In this document: positions 32,291 to 41,576 of the stretch, in pieces
Layout: each line of letters begins with the position of its first letter
Numbering within the stretch: position 1 is the stretch's first letter
Assembly: GCA_938040095.1 (NCBI GenBank)
Contig: CALHXF010000029.1
Coordinates: 2,646-66,645, forward strand
Length of the DNA stretch: 64,000 bases
Source: an uncultured Caulobacterales bacterium
Lineage (GTDB): Bacteria > Pseudomonadota > Alphaproteobacteria > Caulobacterales > Maricaulaceae
Reading direction: 5' to 3'
Made by a program: the position numbers and the translations under genes
Notes under the pieces: generated by a model
Seen by the model: the letters and a program-made list of their open reading frames with translations, nothing else
Databases searched by the model: none
Told to the model about the DNA's origin: nothing

Positions 32291-34318
32291 CTACCAGCCA
32301 CAGCTCCGATCTTTGTTTTCCTCTTGGAGATAGGTCATCACAGGGTCGAAATATTCTAAGATTGCGGAGCCATCCATATCACGTGTACCTGTAAAGGCTT
32401 CCAAAGCGTCTGGCCAAGGCTTGCTTGAACCCATTTCCATCATCGCATTGAATTTCGCACCAACGTCTTTGTTACCATATACGGAACAGCGATGCAGTGG
32501 CCCTTCAAACCCAGCTTGTTCGCAAGCGGCTTTGTGGAATTGGAACTGTAGAATATGCGCCAAAAAATACCGCATGTAAGGCGTGTTGCCCGGAATATGG
32601 TATTTTGCGCCCGGGTCAAATGCCTCTGCTGGACGGTCTGACGGGGCCTTCAAACCTTGGTATTTCTCGCGAAGTTCCCACCACCCATCATTATATTCAG
32701 ATGGTGAATATGTTCCGTTAAAAACGTTCCAACGCCATTGATCAACCATCAGGCCGAACGGCAAGAACGCGACCTTATCCATCGCTTGGCGCATCAGTAG
32801 CGCGAGGTCGGCATCGTCACCTGGAATGTCAGCTGCATCCAATAGACCGATTTCGACAAGGTATTCTGGCGTGATGGAGAGGGCGATCATATCGCCAATC
32901 GCTTCATGGAAGCCATCATTTGCGCCATCTTTAAAGAAGACCGGCTGATCCTTATAGGCGCGCTGGTAGAAGTTGTGTCCCAACTCATGATGAACAGTCG
33001 AGAAGTCTTCGCCATTGACCTTGGTACACATTTTGATGCGAATATCTTCTTCGTTATCAAGGTTCCAAGCAGAGGCGTGACAGACAACGTCACGATCTTT
33101 TGGCTTTGTGATCAATGAGCGCTCCCAGAATGTCTTTGGTAATGGATCGAAGCCAAGCGATGTGAAGAACGTTTCGGCAGTTTCGACCATCTTCTTGGCG
33201 TCGTAGCCATTTTCTTCGAGCAGTTTGGTAACGTCTACGGCTTCGCCACCTTTTGCGGGTTTCACATCGTCATAGATATTACCCCAGCTTTGCCCCCACA
33301 TATTTCCGAGCAGATCAGCACGCAATGGGCCGTCCAAAGGTACGACTTCATCACCATACTTCGTGTTGAGTTTCGCGCGGACGTGGCAATGCAATTCGTC
33401 ATAGAGAGGTTTGACTTGTCCCCAAAGACGGTCCGCTTCTTGCGCAAACGCGTCGGCATCCATGTCGTAGCCGCCGCGCCAAAGATCACCCGCATCTTTA
33501 AATCCAAGTTCGTTGGAGCCTTCATTGATGATTTTCACCATCTTGGCGTAATCATCTTTCATTTGTGGCGAGACAGTCCGCCACCCTTCCCAAGTTGCTT
33601 GCAGCAGAGCAGGGTCGTCAGACTGCGCAATGATGTCGGAGGCTTGGCCAAGATGGATTGTCCCATCGGGCACTTCCTGATCCAAGGTCCCATCTTTTGT
33701 TAATGGACCATCATCGCCATCAGGGTCGACATCAAGAATTTCGATAATCCGCTTGTCTTTCACGTCGATTGGGAATTTGCCTGTCCCATAAGCACTATCT
33801 AAGCGGGTCATAATCCCCGCGAGATCCTTTGCCGCAGCCGCACTGTCAGGGGCGGGGAAATTCGATCCGCGCAACAGTCCGTCCATTTTGCGGCGCATAT
33901 CACCAGGTAGTGTCAGGCCGTTAAAACGTTTGGCTTGATTGGACAGGCGCGTGGACATCTTTGCGCCCGCTTCTGACATGCGGGCTTCGAGCGCATTTGT
34001 ATCTTGCGTGATAAAGTTCGCTTTTACCCAAGCCGTTTGCGCGGCGTATTTTCCAAACTCTTCAATCTCAATTTCAGTGGCTTCGAGAAACTCTTTCGCG
34101 CTTTGAACCGTTACGGCTTGGTTGTCTGGGCTTTGCTGCGAGGCTGCCATCAGCTCTGAACCGGGACGTGTTGCGGCTTCGGTGACCAAAGTTTCGACGG
34201 CGCTTTCTGTGCGCTCGCTTGGGGTTTCCGCAGGTGTATTCTCCGCACCTGAACACGCGGATAAAAACAATATTGCCGTCGTGAGCGCTGTTGCGCCTAA
34301 GAGTTTTGACTTGGTCAT
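32291..34318 (-). CDS. M2 family peptidyl-dipeptidase (ACE-like) lipoprotein
   Basis: HHELGH, GFHEAIGD, CHASAW, GNMWGQSW, FDPGAKYH; lipobox LSAC. Confidence 0.93.
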   Translation of the reverse strand: MTKSKLLGATALTTAILFLSACSGAENTPAETPSERTESAVETLVTEAATRPGSELMAASQQSPDNQAVTVQSAKEFLEATEIEIEEFGKYAAQTAWVKANFITQDTNALEARMSEAGAKMSTRLSNQAKRFNGLTLPGDMRRKMDGLLRGSNFPAPDSAAAAKDLAGIMTRLDSAYGTGKFPIDVKDKRIIEILDVDPDGDDGPLTKDGTLDQEVPDGTIHLGQASDIIAQSDDPALLQATWEGWRTVSPQMKDDYAKMVKIINEGSNELGFKDAGDLWRGGYDMDADAFAQEADRLWGQVKPLYDELHCHVRAKLNTKYGDEVVPLDGPLRADLLGNMWGQSWGNIYDDVKPAKGGEAVDVTKLLEENGYDAKKMVETAETFFTSLGFDPLPKTFWERSLITKPKDRDVVCHASAWNLDNEEDIRIKMCTKVNGEDFSTVHHELGHNFYQRAYKDQPVFFKDGANDGFHEAIGDMIALSITPEYLVEIGLLDAADIPGDDADLALLMRQAMDKVAFLPFGLMVDQWRWNVFNGTYSPSEYNDGWWELREKYQGLKAPSDRPAEAFDPGAKYHIPGNTPYMRYFLAHILQFQFHKAACEQAGFEGPLHRCSVYGNKDVGAKFNAMMEMGSSKPWPDALEAFTGTRDMDGSAILEYFDPVMTYLQEENKDRSCGW

Positions 34319-34514
34319 ATTATGTTCTCGCAATGTCTATGTCAGACGTCTGCAAAAATATTAGGTAAAACCCACTCGCAGCAATCTTAAAATGTAGTCT
34401 TTGTCGTAGACACAGGGCAGGAACGGTTCAACACTTCACCTGAAAAACTCTCACGCTCGCGGTCTGATTCCGTTGCTTTTTTGGCAAGGTGAGGCCGAAA
34501 GGACACAGCTACCC

Positions 34515-35510
34515 ATGTCTATCCCTGGTTTATTACTCGTCAATCTCGGTTCTCCTGATTCGCCGACAGCGAAAGATACGCGACGCTATCTGGCGGAGTT
34601 CCTGCATGACCATCGGGTTATCGATACATCCCGCTGGATTTGGTGCCCCATTTTACACGGGATCATATTGCGGACCCGCCCGCGCAAATCGGCGGCTTTA
34701 TATGAATCGATTTGGCATGAGCCTGAAGAATTTCCAGGTGATGAAGCCCCGTTGATTAGAATTACCCGCGCGCAAGCGGCTGGCGTTCAGGATCGATTGG
34801 GTGAGGGCGTTCACGTCGAAATCGCGATGCGTTATGGCAATCCGTCCATCGGCGCGAGTTTGGATGCGTTGAAAGCGAAGGGATGCACACGTATTGCTGT
34901 GTTCCCACTCTATCCGCAATTCGCAGGGGCTACGACGGCGTCGGTTTATGACGGTGTTGGTATGGCGTTAGAGAAGCGCATGGATGTTCCTGAGCTGCGG
35001 TTCCTTCGTCATTATTTTGATGACCCTCGTTATATTGCGGCTTTGGCTGGCAGCGTCGATCAGCATCTTTCTGGTTTGGATTGGACGCCCGATGTCATCA
35101 TGACGTCTTATCATGGGCTGCCACAGAGTTATGTCGACAAAGGCGACCCCTATCAGGGCGAATGTTTGGAAACGACGGAATTACTACGTCAACATATGGG
35201 TAAGACTGAAACTGAGCTATACGCGACATTCCAATCTCGCTTTGGACCGAAAGCCTGGTTGCAGCCTTATACGGATAAGACGCTCGAGGCCCTACCCGCA
35301 ACGGGTGTGAAAAAAGTCGCCGTGATGATGCCTGGGTTTTCTGCTGATTGCTTGGAAACATTGGAAGAGATCGCGGAGGAGGCGAAAGAAAGCTTCATGG
35401 AACATGGCGGCACACATTTTACCGCCATTCCGTGTTTGAATGCAGATGAGGCGCACCTCGATTTGCTTGCAGACTTGGCAAAGGAACGCTTGTTAAGCGG
35501 CTGGCTTTAA
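34515..35510 (+). CDS. hemH: Ferrochelatase
   Basis: LLVNLGSP, MRYGNP, PLYPQ, SYHGLP, FQSRFG, DCLETLEE. Confidence 0.96.
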   Translation: MSIPGLLLVNLGSPDSPTAKDTRRYLAEFLHDHRVIDTSRWIWCPILHGIILRTRPRKSAALYESIWHEPEEFPGDEAPLIRITRAQAAGVQDRLGEGVHVEIAMRYGNPSIGASLDALKAKGCTRIAVFPLYPQFAGATTASVYDGVGMALEKRMDVPELRFLRHYFDDPRYIAALAGSVDQHLSGLDWTPDVIMTSYHGLPQSYVDKGDPYQGECLETTELLRQHMGKTETELYATFQSRFGPKAWLQPYTDKTLEALPATGVKKVAVMMPGFSADCLETLEEIAEEAKESFMEHGGTHFTAIPCLNADEAHLDLLADLAKERLLSGWL

Positions 35511-36137
35511 ACGCTGAAATATATCTTCGATGGTTAGCGTCGTGTCCAGTATGACGTCCGACCCAATTGTCGTGTCTGCAAGGTTGTCGTAGGATTTCGA
35601 GCGGGACGCGAGTAGTTTGGGGTAGCTCTCTAAAATAGCTTCATCTTGGCTTTGGCCGCTCTCACATTGATAGTGACCATTCCAAATCAAGGGTTTTGGT
35701 TGCTTAAAATATTGGACTTTCAAGCGTTCTATTGCGTCTGGACTCGCTGAAATATACACGACAAACCAATGGTTTGTGAGCAATTTCTGAACGTCTTTAT
35801 CAGTGTAAATGACGCTGCCTGTTGTGTCCAAGACAGCATTGCCCAGATTATAGTCTAAGGCCTGCCGTGTGGCCTCAGTCTCCAGCGCGATTGAGCGCTT
35901 TTCACGTTCGCCGTAACCTTCCGAGTAAGGTTGGCCTTGCCAAGCTGCAAAGTCTTCCATGCTACCTTGACCGAGTTGCTCACGAATCAATGCGTCAACT
36001 TCTATCAGTTTGAAATCAAACCTCGTGGACAGCCGCATACCCGTGTAGCTTTTGCCAATGTTGGACATGCCAACCAGCGCAATTTTTAGAGTATTCTCTG
36101 CGTAACGCTGTTCAAACTCACTGCGGGTTAACTTCAT
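35493..36137 (-). CDS. Uncharacterised P-loop kinase (shikimate/NMP kinase-like fold)
   Basis: Walker A GMSNIGKS, VLDTTGSVIY, lid R..Y; TGATG overlap with thrC. Confidence 0.75.
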   Translation of the reverse strand: MKLTRSEFEQRYAENTLKIALVGMSNIGKSYTGMRLSTRFDFKLIEVDALIREQLGQGSMEDFAAWQGQPYSEGYGEREKRSIALETEATRQALDYNLGNAVLDTTGSVIYTDKDVQKLLTNHWFVVYISASPDAIERLKVQYFKQPKPLIWNGHYQCESGQSQDEAILESYPKLLASRSKSYDNLADTTIGSDVILDTTLTIEDIFQRLKPAA

Positions 36138-37489
36138 CAGGCGTGGGTTTCGAGATAATCCGACAACGCATCCAATGTCGGTTCCATCACATGCATACGC
36201 TTTTTCTTTCTCATCGCTTTTGCAAGAGGTTCGGGCAAAGGTATATCGGTGTGAAGGATACGCTCGACGCTATCTGCAAATTTTGACGGATGAGCCGTCC
36301 CAACTGTAATACGTGTAAAGGGCTCGGCGATATCTGCCGCAAATTTCTCCATCGCGAGATGGCCAACAGCCGTATGCGGACACATGATATATCCAGTTTC
36401 CGTATGAATTTTGCGAATATGTCGTTCCGTTTCTTCGTCACGAAAAGACGCGCCCCAGCAGACTTTCTTCACGGCGTCATAGTCGTCATCATGCAGCGCC
36501 AAAATACGAGGAAAGTTATTTGGTCGCCCAATATCCATTGCATTCGACAGTGTCGGAACGCTTGGGCGCGGCGTGTAAGTCCCCGTGTTGAGGTAGTCGA
36601 CGAAAGGGTCATTCGTATTGTTGCCGATTACAAATCGGTCAATCGGTGCGCCCATCTGTTTCGCGATCAGGCCACCCGTAAGGTTGCCGAGGTTTCCCGA
36701 CGGGATAGAATACACAAGTGGGCGGTGAGGATAGGCGGCCTTGGCCTGAATAGATGTCCAAAAATAGTAAAAGCTCTGCGGAATGACACGCCCGACATTG
36801 ATAGAGTTGGCACTCATTAGATCATGTTTTTCAGTTAAACCACTGTTTCCAAATGCTTGTTTCACAAGCTGCTGGCAATCATCAAACGTTCCGTCAACGG
36901 CAATCGCTTTTACATTAGAGTTCGCGGTTCCCATTGTTGTCAGCTGTTGTTCTTGTACTTTACTCACGCCGCCCTTTGGGAAGAGGATAAAGACCTTGAT
37001 GCCATCTTGATTCAAAAATGCATCACCAATGGCCCCGCCTGTATCGCCTGACGTCGCAACCAATATTGTGCGTCGCTGCTCTGTTTTGCCCATTATGTGG
37101 CTGGCAGCACGCCCCATGAAACGCGCAGCAAAGTCTTTAAAGGCCAGTGTCGGTCCGTGAAAAAGTTCAAGGACGAAGTCTTCTGCATCAGTTGGTAACG
37201 CGGGGTCTAAATGCTCACCGGAAAGCGTTTCCATCGGGACGGGGAAGTCATAGGCGTCACGACATATGTTCTTCAAATCTGACGTGGTAAATTCGTCACC
37301 TGTGAAATGCTGAGAGAGCTCCGCGGCGCAATCGGCGAAAGACATCGCGCCCAAACGCGCGGTGCCCTTAGACGAATATGTTGGAATCTTATCAGGCATC
37401 CACAACCCACCGCCCGGTGCGAGGCTCGCGAGAAGTGCGTCTGCAAAACCAGCTTTGACCGCGGAATCTTTATGTGAGTGATATTTCAT
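36137..37489 (-). CDS. thrC: Threonine synthase
   Basis: ELFHGPTLAFKDF (PLP Lys), ATSGDTG, SANSIN, PSGNLGN, TAHPSKF. Confidence 0.96.
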   Translation of the reverse strand: MKYHSHKDSAVKAGFADALLASLAPGGGLWMPDKIPTYSSKGTARLGAMSFADCAAELSQHFTGDEFTTSDLKNICRDAYDFPVPMETLSGEHLDPALPTDAEDFVLELFHGPTLAFKDFAARFMGRAASHIMGKTEQRRTILVATSGDTGGAIGDAFLNQDGIKVFILFPKGGVSKVQEQQLTTMGTANSNVKAIAVDGTFDDCQQLVKQAFGNSGLTEKHDLMSANSINVGRVIPQSFYYFWTSIQAKAAYPHRPLVYSIPSGNLGNLTGGLIAKQMGAPIDRFVIGNNTNDPFVDYLNTGTYTPRPSVPTLSNAMDIGRPNNFPRILALHDDDYDAVKKVCWGASFRDEETERHIRKIHTETGYIMCPHTAVGHLAMEKFAADIAEPFTRITVGTAHPSKFADSVERILHTDIPLPEPLAKAMRKKKRMHVMEPTLDALSDYLETHA

Positions 37490-37528
37490 GCGCGTTCACA
37501 TAGCGTAGATCGCGCATTGCGCAAGTTT

Positions 37529-38140
37529 TTACCGTGATCTGACCGCATGAGCGAGGATATTTACCATCGTCGCATGCGCCGCCACATCCCCGATATTCCT
37601 AACGCTATGGGGGCGATCCGCACGATAGCGGAGTGTCTCCCCTGCAGACGCAGACCATGTTTCACCCTCAACGGTCACCTCTAAGCGACCCGTCAGGACC
37701 GTTAGGTTCTCAATGGAACCTGCGGGATGGGGAGAGCTTTCTAGAACACCGTTCGGTTCCGCGCGGAAGTCATACCATTGTACAAATTCAACTGTGTCCA
37801 ATGAGCCAATGATTCGTAATTCACACAGACCATCTTGTGATTGCAGCAGAGGCGTGTCTTGAATTTTTGAGTGCTGAACGAGGGCTGTTTCATTTGGCGC
37901 ACCCGACACCATCGCCTCAACGCTTGTCCCCAAAGCCTGTGATAAGCGTGAGAGGGTCGCCAAGGTCGGATTGGATTCATTCTTTTCGATTTGCGAAATC
38001 ATGGACTTAGCGACCCCAGACAATTCGGAAAGATTGCCTAGTGACAACTTATCCGCCGTGCGAAGACGCAATATTGTTTGACCCAACTTTTCAGAAAGCG
38101 CTTCGGTTTGAGGGCAAGGGGTGCGTTTCTGACGGGCCAT
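37529..38140 (-). CDS. XRE-family HTH plus cupin transcriptional regulator (SutR/PuuR-like)
   Basis: LSELSGVAKSMISQIEKNESNPTL HTH; cupin H...E...G.L and D.PH motifs; divergent from cysG. Confidence 0.9.
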   Translation of the reverse strand: MARQKRTPCPQTEALSEKLGQTILRLRTADKLSLGNLSELSGVAKSMISQIEKNESNPTLATLSRLSQALGTSVEAMVSGAPNETALVQHSKIQDTPLLQSQDGLCELRIIGSLDTVEFVQWYDFRAEPNGVLESSPHPAGSIENLTVLTGRLEVTVEGETWSASAGETLRYRADRPHSVRNIGDVAAHATMVNILAHAVRSR

Positions 38141-38173
38141 AAAATTTTCGTGTTGTGGTAGATTTCTATTCGT

Positions 38174-38213
38174 GCGTTCTTTATATAGAACGCTAATGTT
38201 CAATCAAGTGAAC
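38174..38213. promoter_or_regulatory. Twin GTTC-N8-GAAC palindromes, putative operators of the XRE-cupin regulator
   Basis: GCGTTC-TTTATATA-GAACGC (core 38176-38191) and GTTC-AATCAAGT-GAAC (38198-38213), 22 bp apart, in the 102-bp divergent spacer. Confidence 0.7.
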
Positions 38214-38242
38214 GATTTATATTTAAAAACCCTGAGAGTCGC

Positions 38243-39619
38243 ATGCGATATTTACCAATACATTTTGATACGCGTGATGCCAAGATACTTGTCGTTGGCG
38301 GCGGACCCGCTGCGGAAGCCAAATTGCGTACTTTATTAAAGACCGATGCAAATATCGTTGTCGTGGATACTGACATAGGACCTGAAGTGGCCCGATGGGC
38401 CACCCAAGGTAAATTGGTTTGGGAACAACGAGATTTCGATACTTCGGACTTAGACGGGGCGTCACTGGTCTACGCGGCCACAGAAAATGACGATGTAAAT
38501 GCCGTCATCGCCGAGGCGGCTGCGGCGCGTCAAATTCCTGTCAACGCGGCGGATCAAAGAGACGCCTGTCGGTTCATTACACCTGCGCTCGTTGATCGTA
38601 CGCCTGTCATTGTCTCTATTGGAACCGAAGGCACCAGTCCTGCATTGGCGCGGGCGTTAAAGGCAGATTTGGAAATGCGCCTACCACCAGAGACCGGCGC
38701 ATTCGCGTTAAAAACGAAAACCCTCCGAGATCATGTGAAAGGGTTGATGCCTGACCTGGCGGATCGGCAGAGGTTTTGGGCCAAAATTTTAGGCGGCAAA
38801 GACCTCAGCGCCCAACTTCGCGTATCTCCTGAGACACTCGAAAAGCAAGTCGAATTGAATTTGGCTGGAGAAGATGAAACGGCTGGAAAGGTTCTGCTCG
38901 TAGGTGCTGGTCCAGGTAATCCAGATATGCTGACCACGGCCGCCCGCCGCGCGCTGCATGCGGCTGACGTGATTGTCTATGATCGACTGGTAAGTGATGG
39001 CGTCCTGGAGCTTGGACGCCGCGAGGCTGAATATATCTATGTCGGTAAAACACCGGGAGAGCCGTCTATAGGGCAACCCGCTATTAATGAAATTCTCGTT
39101 GAAAAAGCGTTGGAAGGCCTATCGGTTGTACGTTTGAAATCGGGTGACCCGCTTATCTTCGGGCGTGCCGACGAAGAAATTGACGCGCTCTCAGCTCACA
39201 ATATCCCCGTTGAGATCATTCCCGGTATCACATCTGCTGCCGCAGCCGCAGCCGCAATAAATTCTTCACTTACAACCCGTGGGACAAATCGAGCCATTTC
39301 CTTTCTGACGGGCCACGACGCCAAAGGCTTTGCGGAACAAGATTGGGCTTCATTGGCCCGACCAAATGGACGAGCCGCTGTTTACATGGGGGTAGGCGCG
39401 TCACGCTTCATCCAAGGACGACTGATGTTGCACGGTGCAGAACCAGACAGACCCGTGACCGTTGTAGAAAACGCGTCCCGCTCAAATCAAATTATTACTT
39501 ACACGACGTTACGTAACCTCCCTGACGACATCGCGACGGCCGGTATAAAAGGACCCGCAATTTTGTTGATTGGCTATGCGGAACGGGAAACATTTTCGGA
39601 AAAGAGGCTGGCGGTATGA
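38243..39619 (+). CDS. cysG: Siroheme synthase
   Basis: N-terminal VVGGG dehydrogenase/chelatase domain; LVGAGPG, RLKSGDP.IFGR, PGIT methyltransferase domain. Confidence 0.95.
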   Translation: MRYLPIHFDTRDAKILVVGGGPAAEAKLRTLLKTDANIVVVDTDIGPEVARWATQGKLVWEQRDFDTSDLDGASLVYAATENDDVNAVIAEAAAARQIPVNAADQRDACRFITPALVDRTPVIVSIGTEGTSPALARALKADLEMRLPPETGAFALKTKTLRDHVKGLMPDLADRQRFWAKILGGKDLSAQLRVSPETLEKQVELNLAGEDETAGKVLLVGAGPGNPDMLTTAARRALHAADVIVYDRLVSDGVLELGRREAEYIYVGKTPGEPSIGQPAINEILVEKALEGLSVVRLKSGDPLIFGRADEEIDALSAHNIPVEIIPGITSAAAAAAAINSSLTTRGTNRAISFLTGHDAKGFAEQDWASLARPNGRAAVYMGVGASRFIQGRLMLHGAEPDRPVTVVENASRSNQIITYTTLRNLPDDIATAGIKGPAILLIGYAERETFSEKRLAV

Positions 39620-39927
39620 GCACGCTCAAACATAAGGGCAAAGGCCCTCAATCCATGACCGCAAATGAATTGCGGGATGGATTTAGTGTCTGGTTAGATG
39701 AAAATCTGGATTGGACGCGGGATTTCACGAAAGCGCTTCGAACCGAGGATACAGACTTGATCGACCGTATGCATTTACGGGCTGAAACGGACGAAAAAGC
39801 GAATCTTGTCGTCGGAATTTACTTTATTGATATTGAACCTGAGACAGGCCTTCCAGCGCGTTACCGTGAAAAATTCCGCGTGAATGGCCCATCCTACGAC
39901 ACAGCTGATGTGCTGGAGATTTCCTAA
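39616..39927 (+). CDS. DUF2849-like small protein
   Basis: TANELRDG..VW, VVGIY, RE.FR..GPS; usual position before cysI. Confidence 0.82.
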   Translation: MSTLKHKGKGPQSMTANELRDGFSVWLDENLDWTRDFTKALRTEDTDLIDRMHLRAETDEKANLVVGIYFIDIEPETGLPARYREKFRVNGPSYDTADVLEIS

Positions 39928-41576
39928 TGTATAGATATGACGAATTTGACGCGCAACTTGTTGCGGACCGCACTCGCCAGTTTAGAGGGCAGGTCGAACG
40001 CCGTTTAGCCGGGCGGTTGAGCGAAGCCGAATTCCGCCCTCTGCGCTTGATGAATGGTCTCTATTTGCAGTTACACGCTTATATGCTCCGCGTTGCTGTG
40101 CCTTACGGGACGCTAAACAGCGAGCAATTCCGTATGCTCGCGCACTTGGCCGAGAAATATGATCGCGGATACGGACATGTGACGACGCGTCAGAACATGC
40201 AGTTTAACTGGCCGAAATTACCGGATGTGCCTGACATGCTAGATGATCTCGCGAGCGTTCAAATGCACGCAATTCAGACGTCTGGAAATTGCATTCGTAA
40301 TGTGACCTGTGACCCTTACGCAGGAGCAACCGCCGAAGAAGTCGAAGACCCGCGCCCTATGGCCGAGCTCATTCGTCAGTGGTCAACACTGCATCCAGAA
40401 TTCACATTCCTGCCCCGTAAGTTCAAGATTGCTGTCACAGCCGCCGAGAAAGATCGCGCCCTTATCAAAGCGCATGACATTGGCATTCAGATCATTCGAA
40501 ATGCTGCAGGAGATATTGGCTATAAAATCTATGTCGGAGGCGGCCTCGGACGCACACCTATCATCGGGCAAGTTTTGCGCGAATTTCTCCCAAAGGGTGA
40601 GTTACTCGCCTATCTGACAGCCGCACTGCGCGTTTATAACCGTTATGGACGTCGTGATAATAAGTACAAAGCGCGCATAAAAATACTGGTGCAAGAGACT
40701 GGAATTGAAACCTTTACTGAGCAAGTTGAGGCTGAATACGCCACGATCGACATTAGCGATATTTCGGTATCTGATGCCGAACGCGAACGGATTGCATCCT
40801 ATTTCGCGGCGCCTGATTTCGAGACGTTAGAGAACGACCCGAAGGCCTTTACGGACGCGCTCCAGGTAAATAATGCCTTCTCCCTCTGGGCCAATAATAA
40901 TGTCGCGGCGCATAAAGCCGCTGGCTACGCGATAGTGAACATATCACTGAAGCCTAAAGAGCTCGCCCCGGGTGATATAACGGCCGCGCAGATGCGCGAT
41001 GTATCTGATATGGCGGACACCTATTCCTTTGGGGAATTACGGTCGACGCATCAGCAGAACCTCGTTCTGCCACATGTCAAACAATCCGACTTACTTGCGC
41101 TCTTTACAGAGCTTCAGGCGGCAGGTTTAGCAGCGGATAATATCAACCTGATCACAGACATCATCTGCTGTCCCGGTATGGACTTCTGCGCGCTGGCAAC
41201 GGCACGTTCAATCCCAATCAGTCAGGCCATAGCCGAGCGTTTCGCTGATCCTGAGCGCCAACGCACGATCGGTGAAATGCAGATTAAGATTTCTGGCTGT
41301 ATCAATGCCTGTGGCCATCATCATGTTGGGCATATCGGCATCCTTGGTTTGGAAAAAGCTGGCGTGGAATTCTACCAAATCAAACTTGGCGGTGACGCGT
41401 CTGAACATGCGGAAATCGGCAAGGTGACAGGTCCCGGGTTCTCGCAAGAAGAACTCATCGACGGGATCGAAAACATGGTCGATCTCTATCTGAAACAACG
41501 CGAGGCGGGCGAACGCTTCCTCGACACATACCGACGTATCGGCATCGCGCCGTTCAAAGAGGTGCTTTATGCCTAG
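39927..41576 (+). CDS. cysI: Sulfite reductase hemoprotein (nitrite/sulfite reductase family)
   Basis: MYRYDEFD, RLMNGLYLQLHAYMLR, LPRKFK, CPGMDFC and SGCINAC siroheme/4Fe-4S ligands. Confidence 0.93.
   Translation: MYRYDEFDAQLVADRTRQFRGQVERRLAGRLSEAEFRPLRLMNGLYLQLHAYMLRVAVPYGTLNSEQFRMLAHLAEKYDRGYGHVTTRQNMQFNWPKLPDVPDMLDDLASVQMHAIQTSGNCIRNVTCDPYAGATAEEVEDPRPMAELIRQWSTLHPEFTFLPRKFKIAVTAAEKDRALIKAHDIGIQIIRNAAGDIGYKIYVGGGLGRTPIIGQVLREFLPKGELLAYLTAALRVYNRYGRRDNKYKARIKILVQETGIETFTEQVEAEYATIDISDISVSDAERERIASYFAAPDFETLENDPKAFTDALQVNNAFSLWANNNVAAHKAAGYAIVNISLKPKELAPGDITAAQMRDVSDMADTYSFGELRSTHQQNLVLPHVKQSDLLALFTELQAAGLAADNINLITDIICCPGMDFCALATARSIPISQAIAERFADPERQRTIGEMQIKISGCINACGHHHVGHIGILGLEKAGVEFYQIKLGGDASEHAEIGKVTGPGFSQEELIDGIENMVDLYLKQREAGERFLDTYRRIGIAPFKEVLYA

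Noticed and set aside
35493-36137. Calling the P-loop protein shikimate kinase AroK
   Set aside because: The fold is similar, but shikimate-binding motifs are not evident and the context is thrC rather than aroB.
38176-38213. Reading the GTTC/GAAC motifs before cysG as LexA boxes
   Set aside because: They are inverted repeats with N8 spacing, whereas alpha LexA boxes are direct repeats with N7.
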